Assembly: GCA_043799545.1 (NCBI GenBank)
Contig: JAZDNO010000006.1
Coordinates: 128,001-192,000 of the forward strand
Reading direction: 5' to 3'
From: Methanobacteriota archaeon
GTDB lineage: Archaea > Thermoplasmatota > Thermoplasmata > SG8-5 > DAIRED01
DNA: 64,000 nt
Every line of letters begins with the position of its first letter. The stretch's first letter is position 1. A model generated the notes under the pieces. The model did no database searches. It saw only the letters and a program-made list of their open reading frames with translations, and had not been told where the DNA came from. The position numbers and the translations under genes are program-made. Below, piece after piece: positions 1 to 8,516 of the stretch.

Positions 1-714
1 AAAACGGGCACTTCGAGACTGGACGACCTTCTGCTCGGAGGCATACCTTTCGGGACGAACGTCCTGGTCTACGGTCCGCCTTTCGCCGGAAAGGAGATTG
101 CCATCAACGCCTTCATCGCAGACGGCCTGAAGAAGGGCGTTCCGGCAATCTGGGTCATCACCGACAAGCTCCCCTCCGAGATACGCGAGGAGATGATGTT
201 CATAGTGTCAGGGTACGAGGAATACGAAAAGCTCGGCCTGGTCAAATACGTAGATGCGTATTCCAAGAGCATCGGCGAGGTCACGCCTGACCCCAATGTC
301 ACTTACATCGAAGAGGCCACGGACCACGTGGGCATCTTGAAGGCAGTGGACGCGGTGGCGAAGGAGCTGCTGCAGAAGCACAAGTACTACCGGGTGGGGT
401 TCAGGTCGATTTCCACCCTGATAGCGTACCTGGATTCGAACGCCGCATTCAAATTCCTACAGCCGTTCGTCGGCAGGCGCAAGCGCGAGCGCGCCGTATC
501 CCTCTTCTCCATCGAGAAGGGAATGCACAGCGACCAGGACATCCAGATGATCGGAAGCCAGATGGACGGGGCCATAGAATTCAAGATCGAGCAGCTGAAG
601 ACCTTCCTTTGCATCAAGGGAATCGGCGACGTGCAGTCGAAGGCGTGGATAGAATACACATACAGCAAGCAGGGCATGGCAGTTGGCTCATTCAGCTTGG
701 ACCATATACGTTAA
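1..714 (+). CDS. KaiC/RAD55 (RecA-superfamily) ATPase domain protein, 5'-truncated by the window
   Basis: Frame 1 is open from base 1: KTGTSRLDDLLLGGIPFGTNVLVYGPPFAGKE (KaiC-like N-terminal motif, variant Walker A). It continues into track ORF 193-714 (GMHS...MDGAIEFK). Confidence 0.85.
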   Translation, partial: KTGTSRLDDLLLGGIPFGTNVLVYGPPFAGKEIAINAFIADGLKKGVPAIWVITDKLPSEIREEMMFIVSGYEEYEKLGLVKYVDAYSKSIGEVTPDPNVTYIEEATDHVGILKAVDAVAKELLQKHKYYRVGFRSISTLIAYLDSNAAFKFLQPFVGRRKRERAVSLFSIEKGMHSDQDIQMIGSQMDGAIEFKIEQLKTFLCIKGIGDVQSKAWIEYTYSKQGMAVGSFSLDHIR

Positions 715-718
715 GCCA

Positions 719-871
719 TCATTTTTTCCGCTTCCAAAGGAATAACGGCAACGGAACGAATAGGAAGAAAAACAGCCAGCCAGTTAATATGAATACAGTT
801 ATCGAGGCTGCCATGGTTAGGATTAGAATCCCCATAAGAAACCAAGGCGAGAAAACCCAGTCCGCCTTCAT
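719..871 (-). CDS. 50-aa hydrophobic membrane microprotein (MKADWVFSPWFLMGILILTMAASITVFILTGWLFFFLFVPLPLFLWKRKK)
   Basis: ATG at 871 overlaps the TGA of the upstream gene (ATGA coupling). Two hydrophobic stretches and a basic KRKK tail. It is the C-terminal part of track ORF 719-1057. Confidence 0.6.
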   Translation of the reverse strand: MKADWVFSPWFLMGILILTMAASITVFILTGWLFFFLFVPLPLFLWKRKK

Positions 872-1290
872 GCGACTTCGATTCCGGATGAGGGCTTGGG
901 TCCCGGGCTCTTCCCGATGTTGACCTGCGGCATCGGAATCGGCGGGGGCATCTTCAGGTCCCTGGAGACCATGACCGCCTCTGGCACGCAGTTCATCATT
1001 ATCGCCTGGTGAACCTGCGTCGCCACGTCGTCCGGCATCTTGTGCTCGGTCTGCCACTGCTTGGCGACCGCGCTGGCATTGCCTTCGAAGACCATCTTGC
1101 CCTCGATTTTAATGAAGCCGATGCTCGAGTAGTTGGCTGTGAATCTGAACTCCACGTTGGCCTCCTTGTTATTGATTTCGGAGATGAGCGTTATACTGCT
1201 GTTGTGGTCTATCCTGATGTTGCCCATGGCCTCACCCAGCTTCGTGAAGCGCCGCGCGTCAATCGAGGTGAACTCGAAATTCGTTATCAT
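868..1290 (-). CDS. conserved hypothetical protein, possibly SecB-like fold
   Basis: 140-aa ORF with coding-like codon usage and a TATA-like TTATTAA about 30 nt upstream. The beta-rich N-half and helix/proline C-half (A..VHQAIMMNCVPEAVMVSRDLKMPPPIPMP) resemble SecB-like proteins (inference). Confidence 0.7.
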   Translation of the reverse strand: MITNFEFTSIDARRFTKLGEAMGNIRIDHNSSITLISEINNKEANVEFRFTANYSSIGFIKIEGKMVFEGNASAVAKQWQTEHKMPDDVATQVHQAIMMNCVPEAVMVSRDLKMPPPIPMPQVNIGKSPGPKPSSGIEVA

Positions 1291-1383
1291 GCACTATGCC
1301 AATGACCCGAGGTGGATTAATAACTTTCGCTTCTAATCGCTGCCGCCACAGCGCCATTATGTATGGTGCATCTCAAGGCCGTA

Positions 1384-1606
1384 CTTGAACTGCCGACCTT
1401 CGACGGAAGGTGTGATTGGCGGTCAGCTGTGTTCAAGCCCTATGTTCGAGCATCGAATACGCTCCGATGGTGGCAAATAAATCCGGACTTGAACCGCAGA
1501 ATCGCTTCGTTTAGCAATCAAGTTCGATGATTCTGCAAGTTCAAGTCCCCTGCGGCATGAATAGCTGAAAAAATAAAACCTAATGCCGCAGGCCGGACTT
1601 GAACCA
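1384..1606. repeat. fold-back array downstream of tRNA-Phe: five alternately oriented GTTCAAG/CTTGAAC motifs forming stacked inverted repeats
   Basis: CTTGAAC at 1384, GTTCAAG at 1431, CTTGAAC at 1488, GTTCAAG at 1539, CTTGAAC at 1598 (the tRNA T-loop). Hairpin GGACTTGAACCGCAGAATC (1485-1503) / GATTCTGCAAGTTCAAGTCC (1529-1548). IR CCTGCGGCAT (1549-1558) / ATGCCGCAGG (1583-1592). Confidence 0.85.
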
Positions 1607-3633
1607 GCGACAACTTGATCTTCAGTCAAGCACTCTCCCAGCTGAGTTACTGCGGCACCGTCTCCGGGAAGCCCGCCAGCGTTGCGCTCCTCTGTGGCGG
1701 AGGGGGTTGATTGGACTGCCCCTACATTAAGCTTGCCTTCCCCACCTCTGGTGACCTCGGTGATATTCTCAACAAAGCTCCAGTTCACGGCGTAGATTTC
1801 CGCCCACGTCCCGCGGGTTTCGTTCTCGAACGAGGCGGCCAATACGAACGGCTCCTCCCTCAGCATCGCGAGCGTCTCGTCCGAGACCGGGGGAAGGCTC
1901 ATGCCGGCCAGGGAGACCCCGCTGACGCGCATCACGTCGTCCACGAGCACGCAGCCCACGCGGGTCCCGTTCGTTCCGTTTAGTACGTCCATGCAGTCGC
2001 GCCATTGTGTGGCGTTCCAGATGGCGGCGCCTCCCTCGAACGTCGCCCGGAGTCCCATGGCCTCCAGCTGCGTTCCGAGCCTGTGGTCGGTTGCGACAGA
2101 ATATCCAGGGGTGGCGTTCTGGCCAAGCCAATCTAGCGCCGCCAGGTCTTCGTCGCTTATCCGTTCGTCGAAGCCAATCTCAGGCGCCAAACGGTAGCTT
2201 GCCAGAGCGCTCCCGACAAGCAATGCGACGACCAGGACGGGGACGACGGCGCGCGAACCGACCCTCCAACCCTTTTCATCGATCCAGACGCCCCTGCCCT
2301 CCCACTGTTGCCGTGTGTCCAAGGATGCTGGCCGCAGGTCCGAAATGAATGCCGCATCGCTTCCCCCGACCGTTCCTCCACTCTTGGGCAGGAAGGGGAT
2401 GAACCTTCTGGTGGTCTCCATGGAAAAGGCCCTCTCAATGCTTGGCGCAAGCAGGAAAGCCATCCCCATGGCCGCGAAGAGCGACAGTGGCTCCATCAGG
2501 TACTCGAGGTGCCTCTCCGGCAAAAGAATGTCGCTGCCGACTGCGAGCGCAACCGCCATAGAGAGTCCAACCGCCGCGAACCATCCTACGATTTCAGAAC
2601 CCCTTTCAAGCATGGCGGTCCTGCTCAACCCAACAGCGCCGAAGGCCAGGATGGCGAAGACAGGCACAGAATAGACCGCGAGCATGGGAGTGGCCCTCGA
2701 TGCTATGGCCGGGCTGTCGGCGATTACCAGCAATGCAATCGTGAAGGTAAGGGCTGAGAACGCGAGTATGAATTTCATTTTTTCATAGCCTCGCGACACG
2801 GGGTCGGAAAGCCAATCCAAGACCGACCTGAACCGTCTCCTGAGAACCAGCAAAGCCGCGGCGAACACCGCATATGCCAGAACGATTGCCGGCCAGGGGA
2901 GCCTGGTTCCTGTTTTCACGAAGGAGAGCACCTCGGTCGCGACGAGCCCCCAGTAAGCGAACGCGAGACATGCGGCGAACGCGATGTATGCTAGCTGGGC
3001 CTTCGAGGGGGCTCGGCGCTGAAGCGCAACCATAGCCGGAAGGGACGCCAGATACAGGTAGGTTGTGAAGTGGTGGGAGCCCACCAGCAGAGCCGTCGAA
3101 GCGATGAGGAGCGCCCAGTCCGCCCTGCCCATCGAGGGCTTGGTCAGCAGGAACATGCATGCCAGGAAGAAGAAATGGCCCATCGTCAAAGGAGCCGCGT
3201 GGCTCGTCTGGTAGACGTGGACGGAATTGACAGCCAAGAGAGCCATGGCGAGAAGCGCGGTTCGGCGCCCCATTCCCGCATTCCTGGCTATGAAGTACAC
3301 GAAGGCCACGGATAGCCCGCCGAACACAGGCGCGACCTTCGTCATCAGCCAGAACGCGTCCGAACCCGTGAGCAGGTGCGGTAATGCCGTAACCAAATAG
3401 AGCACCGGAAAATGCTCGTACGATTGCCCCCATCCGATATATGGCGGGAACAGCGCCCCGTTGTTTATGACCGAAGATGTGAGACCGTAATAAATTCCCA
3501 TATCGCTTCCCCATCCAGAATATATCCAGGCTGGAACTGAGCGAAGGGCGATTGCGAGGGCGCAGAGCCCGATGAAAGCGAGGGCGTGCGGATTTCGCAG
3601 ATGCCGCCCGAGAAGCGCCCCCGTTCGAGACAT
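1423..3633 (-). CDS. polytopic membrane protein, probable GT-C-fold glycosyltransferase (PMT/ArnT-like)
   Basis: Likely ATG at 3633 (MSRTGALL). More than 10 TM segments, an acidic first loop (GSDMGIYY...YEHFP) and a soluble C-terminal domain. The frame stays open through tRNA-Phe to 1423, so the true C-terminus is uncertain. Confidence 0.6.
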   Translation of the reverse strand: MSRTGALLGRHLRNPHALAFIGLCALAIALRSVPAWIYSGWGSDMGIYYGLTSSVINNGALFPPYIGWGQSYEHFPVLYLVTALPHLLTGSDAFWLMTKVAPVFGGLSVAFVYFIARNAGMGRRTALLAMALLAVNSVHVYQTSHAAPLTMGHFFFLACMFLLTKPSMGRADWALLIASTALLVGSHHFTTYLYLASLPAMVALQRRAPSKAQLAYIAFAACLAFAYWGLVATEVLSFVKTGTRLPWPAIVLAYAVFAAALLVLRRRFRSVLDWLSDPVSRGYEKMKFILAFSALTFTIALLVIADSPAIASRATPMLAVYSVPVFAILAFGAVGLSRTAMLERGSEIVGWFAAVGLSMAVALAVGSDILLPERHLEYLMEPLSLFAAMGMAFLLAPSIERAFSMETTRRFIPFLPKSGGTVGGSDAAFISDLRPASLDTRQQWEGRGVWIDEKGWRVGSRAVVPVLVVALLVGSALASYRLAPEIGFDERISDEDLAALDWLGQNATPGYSVATDHRLGTQLEAMGLRATFEGGAAIWNATQWRDCMDVLNGTNGTRVGCVLVDDVMRVSGVSLAGMSLPPVSDETLAMLREEPFVLAASFENETRGTWAEIYAVNWSFVENITEVTRGGEGKLNVGAVQSTPSATEERNAGGLPGDGAAVTQLGECLTEDQVVAGSSPACGIRFYFFSYSCRRGLELAESSNLIAKRSDSAVQVRIYLPPSERIRCSNIGLEHS
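1584..1656 (-). tRNA. tRNA-Phe (GAA), intronless, CCA not encoded
   Basis: Reverse complement GCCGCAGTAACTCAGCTGGGAGAGTGCTTGACTGAAGATCAAGTTGTCGCTGGTTCAAGTCCGGCCTGCGGCA folds as a cloverleaf with anticodon loop CTGAAGA. Confidence 0.97.
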
Positions 3634-3758
3634 CACGTTCCCCAAGTGCGAAGCCTCCTTCAAATTCGCAACAGGATTTAGTGGTTTTGTGAGGATATAA
3701 GCATATTTGTAAAGCGGTGCCGGGAAGCGCTGAAATGCATATCGTAACCAGCGACATC

Positions 3759-3770
3759 TATATATATATA
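3759..3770. promoter_or_regulatory. (TA)6 bidirectional TATA-box candidate between the divergent GT-C gene and the pilus operon
   Basis: TATATATATATA in an AT-rich intergenic region between divergent starts at 3633 and 3832. Confidence 0.55.
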
Positions 3771-3831
3771 ATAGGCTATAATTGGTAAAGCGCGAGCCTA
3801 GCCAAGGAAATAAGTTTTGGGGCTTGAGAAG

Positions 3832-4764
3832 ATGTATAGAGGAAGGCGAGGAGAGGGTGGGCGCATAAACCCCTCCCCGAGATGGGGGAGCGAGGGTGTA
3901 GCTTCCACCGTGGGAACGATAATGGCCCTGATGGTTTTCATGGCGATGCTCTCCGTCTTCACTAACCAGTACGTCCCGGTCTGGATGGAGGACAACGAAG
4001 CGAAGCATATGAACGTCGTCGAATCCCAGATGGGAATGCTCAAGCACGGGATTGACACGCAGATACTGGTGGGCCAGCTCGGTGGCGCCACGGACATCTC
4101 GGTGTACAGTCCCATTACACTGGGTTCGGAGGGCGTTCCGATGTTCGCAGCCCCGACTCAGGGTTATCTGGACGTGCTCCCGGACAGGGGGCGAAGCACG
4201 GTTAATTTCCAGTTCGACCCCAACCCCACGGACCCGACCAGCACACCGGTATCGATTACCTCCTCAAGCACCGGCAGCATAGCCATGGAAGCCCCGAACC
4301 GGTACTACGTTCCGCAGATACTCACATACGAGAACGATGCAATCATCCTCAAGCAGGGCGATGGGGTCATCATGAAGAGCGTTCCCCAGTTCAGTGTGAG
4401 GCAGGAGGGCAACAACTTCCGCGTCTCCTTCACGCAAGTCACTCTCTACGGTGTCAATAAATCGTACGTTGGAAGCGGGACGACCGGGGTGCACACATCC
4501 CTGAGGTACACGAATTCCAGCACGTACAACAACCTCACGACAGATGTCACGATAACGATAACGAGCACGTACGCAAACGCATGGAATGCCTATTTTAGCG
4601 ACTACTTGCCCAGAGCGGGTCTCCTTCCGGCGGAATACACGATAGTGCTCAATCCCCCGTTGGCGCCCACACAGCTTGTTCTCACGCTGCGTATGAACTC
4701 TTTCTCCAGCGTCACGGTGAACCAGGCGTATTTCGAAATCCTCATGGGGGAGGTGGGCGAGTAA
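3832..4764 (+). CDS. archaeal type IV pilin-like protein (minor pilin)
   Basis: Class III signal-like SEG|VASTVGTIMALMVFMAMLSVF followed by YVP.W..DNE..HM..V..Q. First gene of the ATPase/TadC operon; its TAA overlaps the next ATG. Confidence 0.8.
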   Translation: MYRGRRGEGGRINPSPRWGSEGVASTVGTIMALMVFMAMLSVFTNQYVPVWMEDNEAKHMNVVESQMGMLKHGIDTQILVGQLGGATDISVYSPITLGSEGVPMFAAPTQGYLDVLPDRGRSTVNFQFDPNPTDPTSTPVSITSSSTGSIAMEAPNRYYVPQILTYENDAIILKQGDGVIMKSVPQFSVRQEGNNFRVSFTQVTLYGVNKSYVGSGTTGVHTSLRYTNSSTYNNLTTDVTITITSTYANAWNAYFSDYLPRAGLLPAEYTIVLNPPLAPTQLVLTLRMNSFSSVTVNQAYFEILMGEVGE

Positions 4765-6446
4765 TGGGCCTGAAAGAATCGTACATTGGGGCGGTGATGA
4801 AGGCCGGTTCAAAGAAGATAAAGAAGATGGTCCCCAAAGGCGAGCTGGTCCTGGAGCAGGATTGGAAGGAAGGCCGCGGTTCGCCGCTCTCCCCAATACC
4901 AGAGCTGACGAAAACGACGATGGAGGAGCTGGAGCTGGCTCCGATCAACCCTCCGTTCAGCTATTCGAGGATATTTTACGATTCCGAGACCGCAGAATAT
5001 ATATATCAGACCATAGAGCCCCCGATGAGCGACAAGGAGCTGGACCTGCTCCGCCTGATAAAGGACTCGTTGGGCCGGACTCTGGAGTACGAGCTGGACA
5101 AAATGGGCAACAAGGACAAGGAGGAGTACCTGAAGCGCAGCATAGAGAGCTTCCTGAAAACGCGCAGCCTCAGGATAGACCCCCAGTCAAAGGAGAAGAT
5201 TGTGTATTACATAGTCAGAGACTACGTTGGCTACGGCCCGATAGACGTCCTGATGTCGGACCCAAAGATTGAAGATATTTCGTGCGACGGCGTCAACGTC
5301 CCGCTTTTCATATTCCACCAGAAGTACGAATCGATCAAGACGAGCGTCAAGTTCCCGAACGAGGCGGAGCTGAACAGCTTTGTAGTCCAGCTGGGACAGA
5401 GGTGCGGCAAGCAGATTTCCGTCGCCACGCCTATCTTAGACGGTACGACTGGCGAGGGCCACCGCGTCCAGGCGACGTACTCCCGCGAGGTAACGACCCG
5501 CGGCTCGTCGTACACCATCCGCCGTTTCAAGGAGAAGCCTTTCACTCCGGTGGAAATGATAAAGTTCAACACCGCGAACGCGGAGATGATAGCATACATG
5601 TGGCTGGCGGTCGAGCACGGGAAGTCGATGATAATATGCGGCGGCACGGCGAGCGGAAAAACGGCCACTCTCAATGCGTCCGCCATATTCATCGCCCCTG
5701 GCAAGAAGATAGTCACGATGGAGGATACGAGAGAGATTAACCTTCCTCACGAAAACTGGATTCCGGGCACGACGCGCACGGGGGTGGGGGAGCGCGGGCC
5801 GGACGGGAAGGCGCCAGGCGAGATAGACATGTTCGAGCTCGTCAGGGCGGCGCTGAGGCAGAGGCCGAACTACATCATCGTCGGAGAGGTTCGTGGAAAG
5901 GAGACCTCGACGATGTTCCAGGCGATGGCTACGGGTCATACGACATTCTCGACGATGCACGCCGACTCGGTGAAGAGCATGGTGACAAGGCTGGAGAACC
6001 CGCCAATCAGCACGCCCAGGATTCTCTTGACGGCGCTGAACTTCGTCATCATCCAGCTCCACGTCCGAGTCAAGGACAGCGAGGTCAGGCGTATCACCCA
6101 AATAGTCGAATTGGTGGGATTCGAGCCCGAAACCAACGAGCTGATAACCAACACGGTCTACGAGTGGGACCAGCGCACGGACTCTTTCATCTACAAGGGG
6201 CACAGCTTCATCCTGGACGGTCTCATGGAGATGAAGAACATGACCCACGAGGAGATGCAGCGGGAGTTCACCCAGCGCGTGGACGTCATCAAGTATCTGG
6301 TCGAGAAGGACATCACGGATTACAGGGAGATAAACAACCTTATCGTGCTTTACTACAAGGATGCCACGGCGACTGTCACCAAAATAAGGGAGGAAATGGG
6401 CTGGACAGTCCAGGTCCAGATGGAGGGCGGCGAAGTTGGCGCATGA
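4764..6446 (+). CDS. type II/IV secretion/pilus assembly ATPase (FlaI/TadA/VirB11 family), copy 1
   Basis: DPKIEDISCDG, YTIRRF, Walker A GGTASGKT, Asp box TMEDTREI, ALRQRPNYIIVGEVRG, His box TGH..FSTMHA. Confidence 0.95.
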   Translation: MGLKESYIGAVMKAGSKKIKKMVPKGELVLEQDWKEGRGSPLSPIPELTKTTMEELELAPINPPFSYSRIFYDSETAEYIYQTIEPPMSDKELDLLRLIKDSLGRTLEYELDKMGNKDKEEYLKRSIESFLKTRSLRIDPQSKEKIVYYIVRDYVGYGPIDVLMSDPKIEDISCDGVNVPLFIFHQKYESIKTSVKFPNEAELNSFVVQLGQRCGKQISVATPILDGTTGEGHRVQATYSREVTTRGSSYTIRRFKEKPFTPVEMIKFNTANAEMIAYMWLAVEHGKSMIICGGTASGKTATLNASAIFIAPGKKIVTMEDTREINLPHENWIPGTTRTGVGERGPDGKAPGEIDMFELVRAALRQRPNYIIVGEVRGKETSTMFQAMATGHTTFSTMHADSVKSMVTRLENPPISTPRILLTALNFVIIQLHVRVKDSEVRRITQIVELVGFEPETNELITNTVYEWDQRTDSFIYKGHSFILDGLMEMKNMTHEEMQREFTQRVDVIKYLVEKDITDYREINNLIVLYYKDATATVTKIREEMGWTVQVQMEGGEVGA

Positions 6447-7461
6447 GACCGTCGATGCCTTCAGAAGCCTGGAGGCGAAGGACCAGCACCTCAAGACGAA
6501 GCGCCTTCGCTCGGACGAGGAAAGGGAGGCCGGGCCGCACGTGGTCCTGCTTCCGAAGGGCGCGGTGCCGGAGTACATCAAGCTCACTCCGTACCAGGAG
6601 TTCTGCTGGCGCACCATGGGCAACTACGTCAAGCGTCGTGGCATGAGGGACGAGTTGATGGAGGAGAACCTCGTGAAGGCGCATATGAAGATACGCCCCG
6701 AGGAGTACTTCGCGCTCATCTACATGACGACCATTATAGCGGCCATAGGAGGCGTCGTGGCTGGCACTGTCATGGCAATATTATTCTTCGTGGTTTTCAC
6801 CACCACCGCCATGGTGCTGGGTATTATGTTGACCGTGCTGCCCCCAATCTTGATTCCCATTCTGGTATTCAACGTCCTCAAGGGCTCGCCGAAGAGCAAG
6901 GCGAAGGGCCGCGCGCGGAATATTGATAAAAGGATGGCCAGCGCGATGAGCTTCATTTCCGCGATGGCATCGGCGAACGTTCCCATCGACGTGATATTCA
7001 AGGAGCTTGGAAGGCAGCCAGTCTACGGCGAAATCAAGTCCGAGGCCGAGTGGATTACCCGTGACACGGAGCTGCTGGGTGTTGACATCATCACCGCCGT
7101 CAAGAGCGGCTCCCTGCGGTCGCCCTCGACGAAGTTCCAGGACTTCCTCCAGGGCGTCGTCACAACCACGACATCCGGGGGCCAGCTGAAACCGTACTTC
7201 ATGACGAAGGTGGACCAGTTCGAGAAGGAAGACAAGCTTTTGATGAAGCAGACTATGGAAACGCTCTCGATGCTCGCAGAAAGCTACGTGACGGTCGTGG
7301 TCGCGTTCCCGCTTTTCCTTGTCGTCATCCTCGCGATTATGGCAATCATAGGCGGCACGGCGGCGTCGACTGTAATGATACTATGGCTGGTAGTGGGACT
7401 GATGATTCCGATGGCTATGTTCGGCTTCATATTCGTGATTTGGAACATCAGCCAGGACTGA
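6436..7461 (+). CDS. type II secretion system F / TadC-like pilus platform membrane protein, copy 1
   Basis: TM pair, then I(D)..M..AMSFISAMASA...E..WI.RD.ELLG.D, SPS.KFQDFLQG and two C-terminal TMs. Lies between the ATPases. Confidence 0.92.
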   Translation: MAHETVDAFRSLEAKDQHLKTKRLRSDEEREAGPHVVLLPKGAVPEYIKLTPYQEFCWRTMGNYVKRRGMRDELMEENLVKAHMKIRPEEYFALIYMTTIIAAIGGVVAGTVMAILFFVVFTTTAMVLGIMLTVLPPILIPILVFNVLKGSPKSKAKGRARNIDKRMASAMSFISAMASANVPIDVIFKELGRQPVYGEIKSEAEWITRDTELLGVDIITAVKSGSLRSPSTKFQDFLQGVVTTTTSGGQLKPYFMTKVDQFEKEDKLLMKQTMETLSMLAESYVTVVVAFPLFLVVILAIMAIIGGTAASTVMILWLVVGLMIPMAMFGFIFVIWNISQD

Positions 7462-7465
7462 TAGC

Positions 7466-8506
7466 ATGGCCAAACAACAGCAGCAGATGACCAATGAGGA
7501 GATGAAGAGGGTCGTGATGTCGACCAAGCGCGACCTCACCAGGGTAATCCTTGGCGTCAGCATAGCCGTGGCTATGATATTCGTCATCCTCGGCGTCCTT
7601 AACCTGACCAACCCCCAAGAGTTCGATCACTCGATGAAGGCTTTGAAGCTCAAGGACACCAACCTGGACGGCAGGATAGACTATCTGGACATCAACGCGG
7701 GTTACGACAGCAACGGGGACGACGTTCCAGACCAGGGTGAGTACCCCATCAAGCGCTTGGCCAACTTCGTGGTTTTCGCGATGATGGTCATGATAGGGCC
7801 TTATGCATTCTACAAGTCGAAACAGGATGCCAACATAGTCGCCATCGAGCGCAGGCTTCCAGAGTTCCTCAGGGACGTGGCGGAGGCCGGGCGCTTCGGC
7901 ATGACCCTCGCCGACGCCATCGTGGTCGCCGCCAACGGCCGCTACGGCAAGCTTACCATCGAAATCAAGAAGATGGCCGCGCAGATAGAGTGGGGCGTGC
8001 CCGCCTCCGAAGCTCTGAGGCTCTTCGCGGTGCGCATCAACACGCCGGGCGTAAACAGGCTCGTGGCTGTCATCATCAAGGCGAGCGATGCGGGCGGAAA
8101 CGTCGCCGACGTTCTGACGATGGTGTCGCACGACGCTCGCGAGACGCAGCTGTCGAAGGACGAGCGGGCGATATCGATGAGCACGTACCTGGCGGTTGTT
8201 TACATCTCTTTCTTCGTTTTCCTCGTGACCATCATCATCTTGAACGCGACGTTCCTACCGAAGATACGCGAGGCGGGAACGATGGTCACCAGGGCATCGG
8301 CCGAGGCGGGGGTTTCCGGCGGAATGGCAACGCTGGACGTCACGGTCATACCCCAGATTGAGCTGGCGTTCTTCGTCTCATCGATGATTCACGCGGTCGG
8401 CGACGGCATTATGGCCGGCGTGCTGACGAACGGAAAGGTGGCTGCCGGACTGAAGCACTCGTTCATCCTTCTGCTCCTGGGATTCGTCGTCCTGCAGGTG
8501 ACCTGA
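7466..8506 (+). CDS. type II secretion system F / TadC-like membrane protein, copy 2
   Basis: IERRLPEFLRDVAEAGRFGMTL, QIEWG, GGNVADVL and C-terminal TMs. Carries an extra Asp-rich loop DTNLDGRIDYLD..DSNGDD. Confidence 0.92.
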   Translation: MAKQQQQMTNEEMKRVVMSTKRDLTRVILGVSIAVAMIFVILGVLNLTNPQEFDHSMKALKLKDTNLDGRIDYLDINAGYDSNGDDVPDQGEYPIKRLANFVVFAMMVMIGPYAFYKSKQDANIVAIERRLPEFLRDVAEAGRFGMTLADAIVVAANGRYGKLTIEIKKMAAQIEWGVPASEALRLFAVRINTPGVNRLVAVIIKASDAGGNVADVLTMVSHDARETQLSKDERAISMSTYLAVVYISFFVFLVTIIILNATFLPKIREAGTMVTRASAEAGVSGGMATLDVTVIPQIELAFFVSSMIHAVGDGIMAGVLTNGKVAAGLKHSFILLLLGFVVLQVT

Positions 8507-8516
8507 GGTGAGATGA

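Noticed and set aside
1485-1560. Second tRNA gene next to tRNA-Phe
   Set aside because: Contains T-loop-like GTTCAAGTCC ends but no D-arm or anticodon arm; it is a fold-back repeat.
3634-4047. 138-aa N-terminal extension of the GT-C ORF
   Set aside because: Runs through the divergent promoter and antisense to the pilin gene. The membrane protein starts plausibly at ATG 3633.
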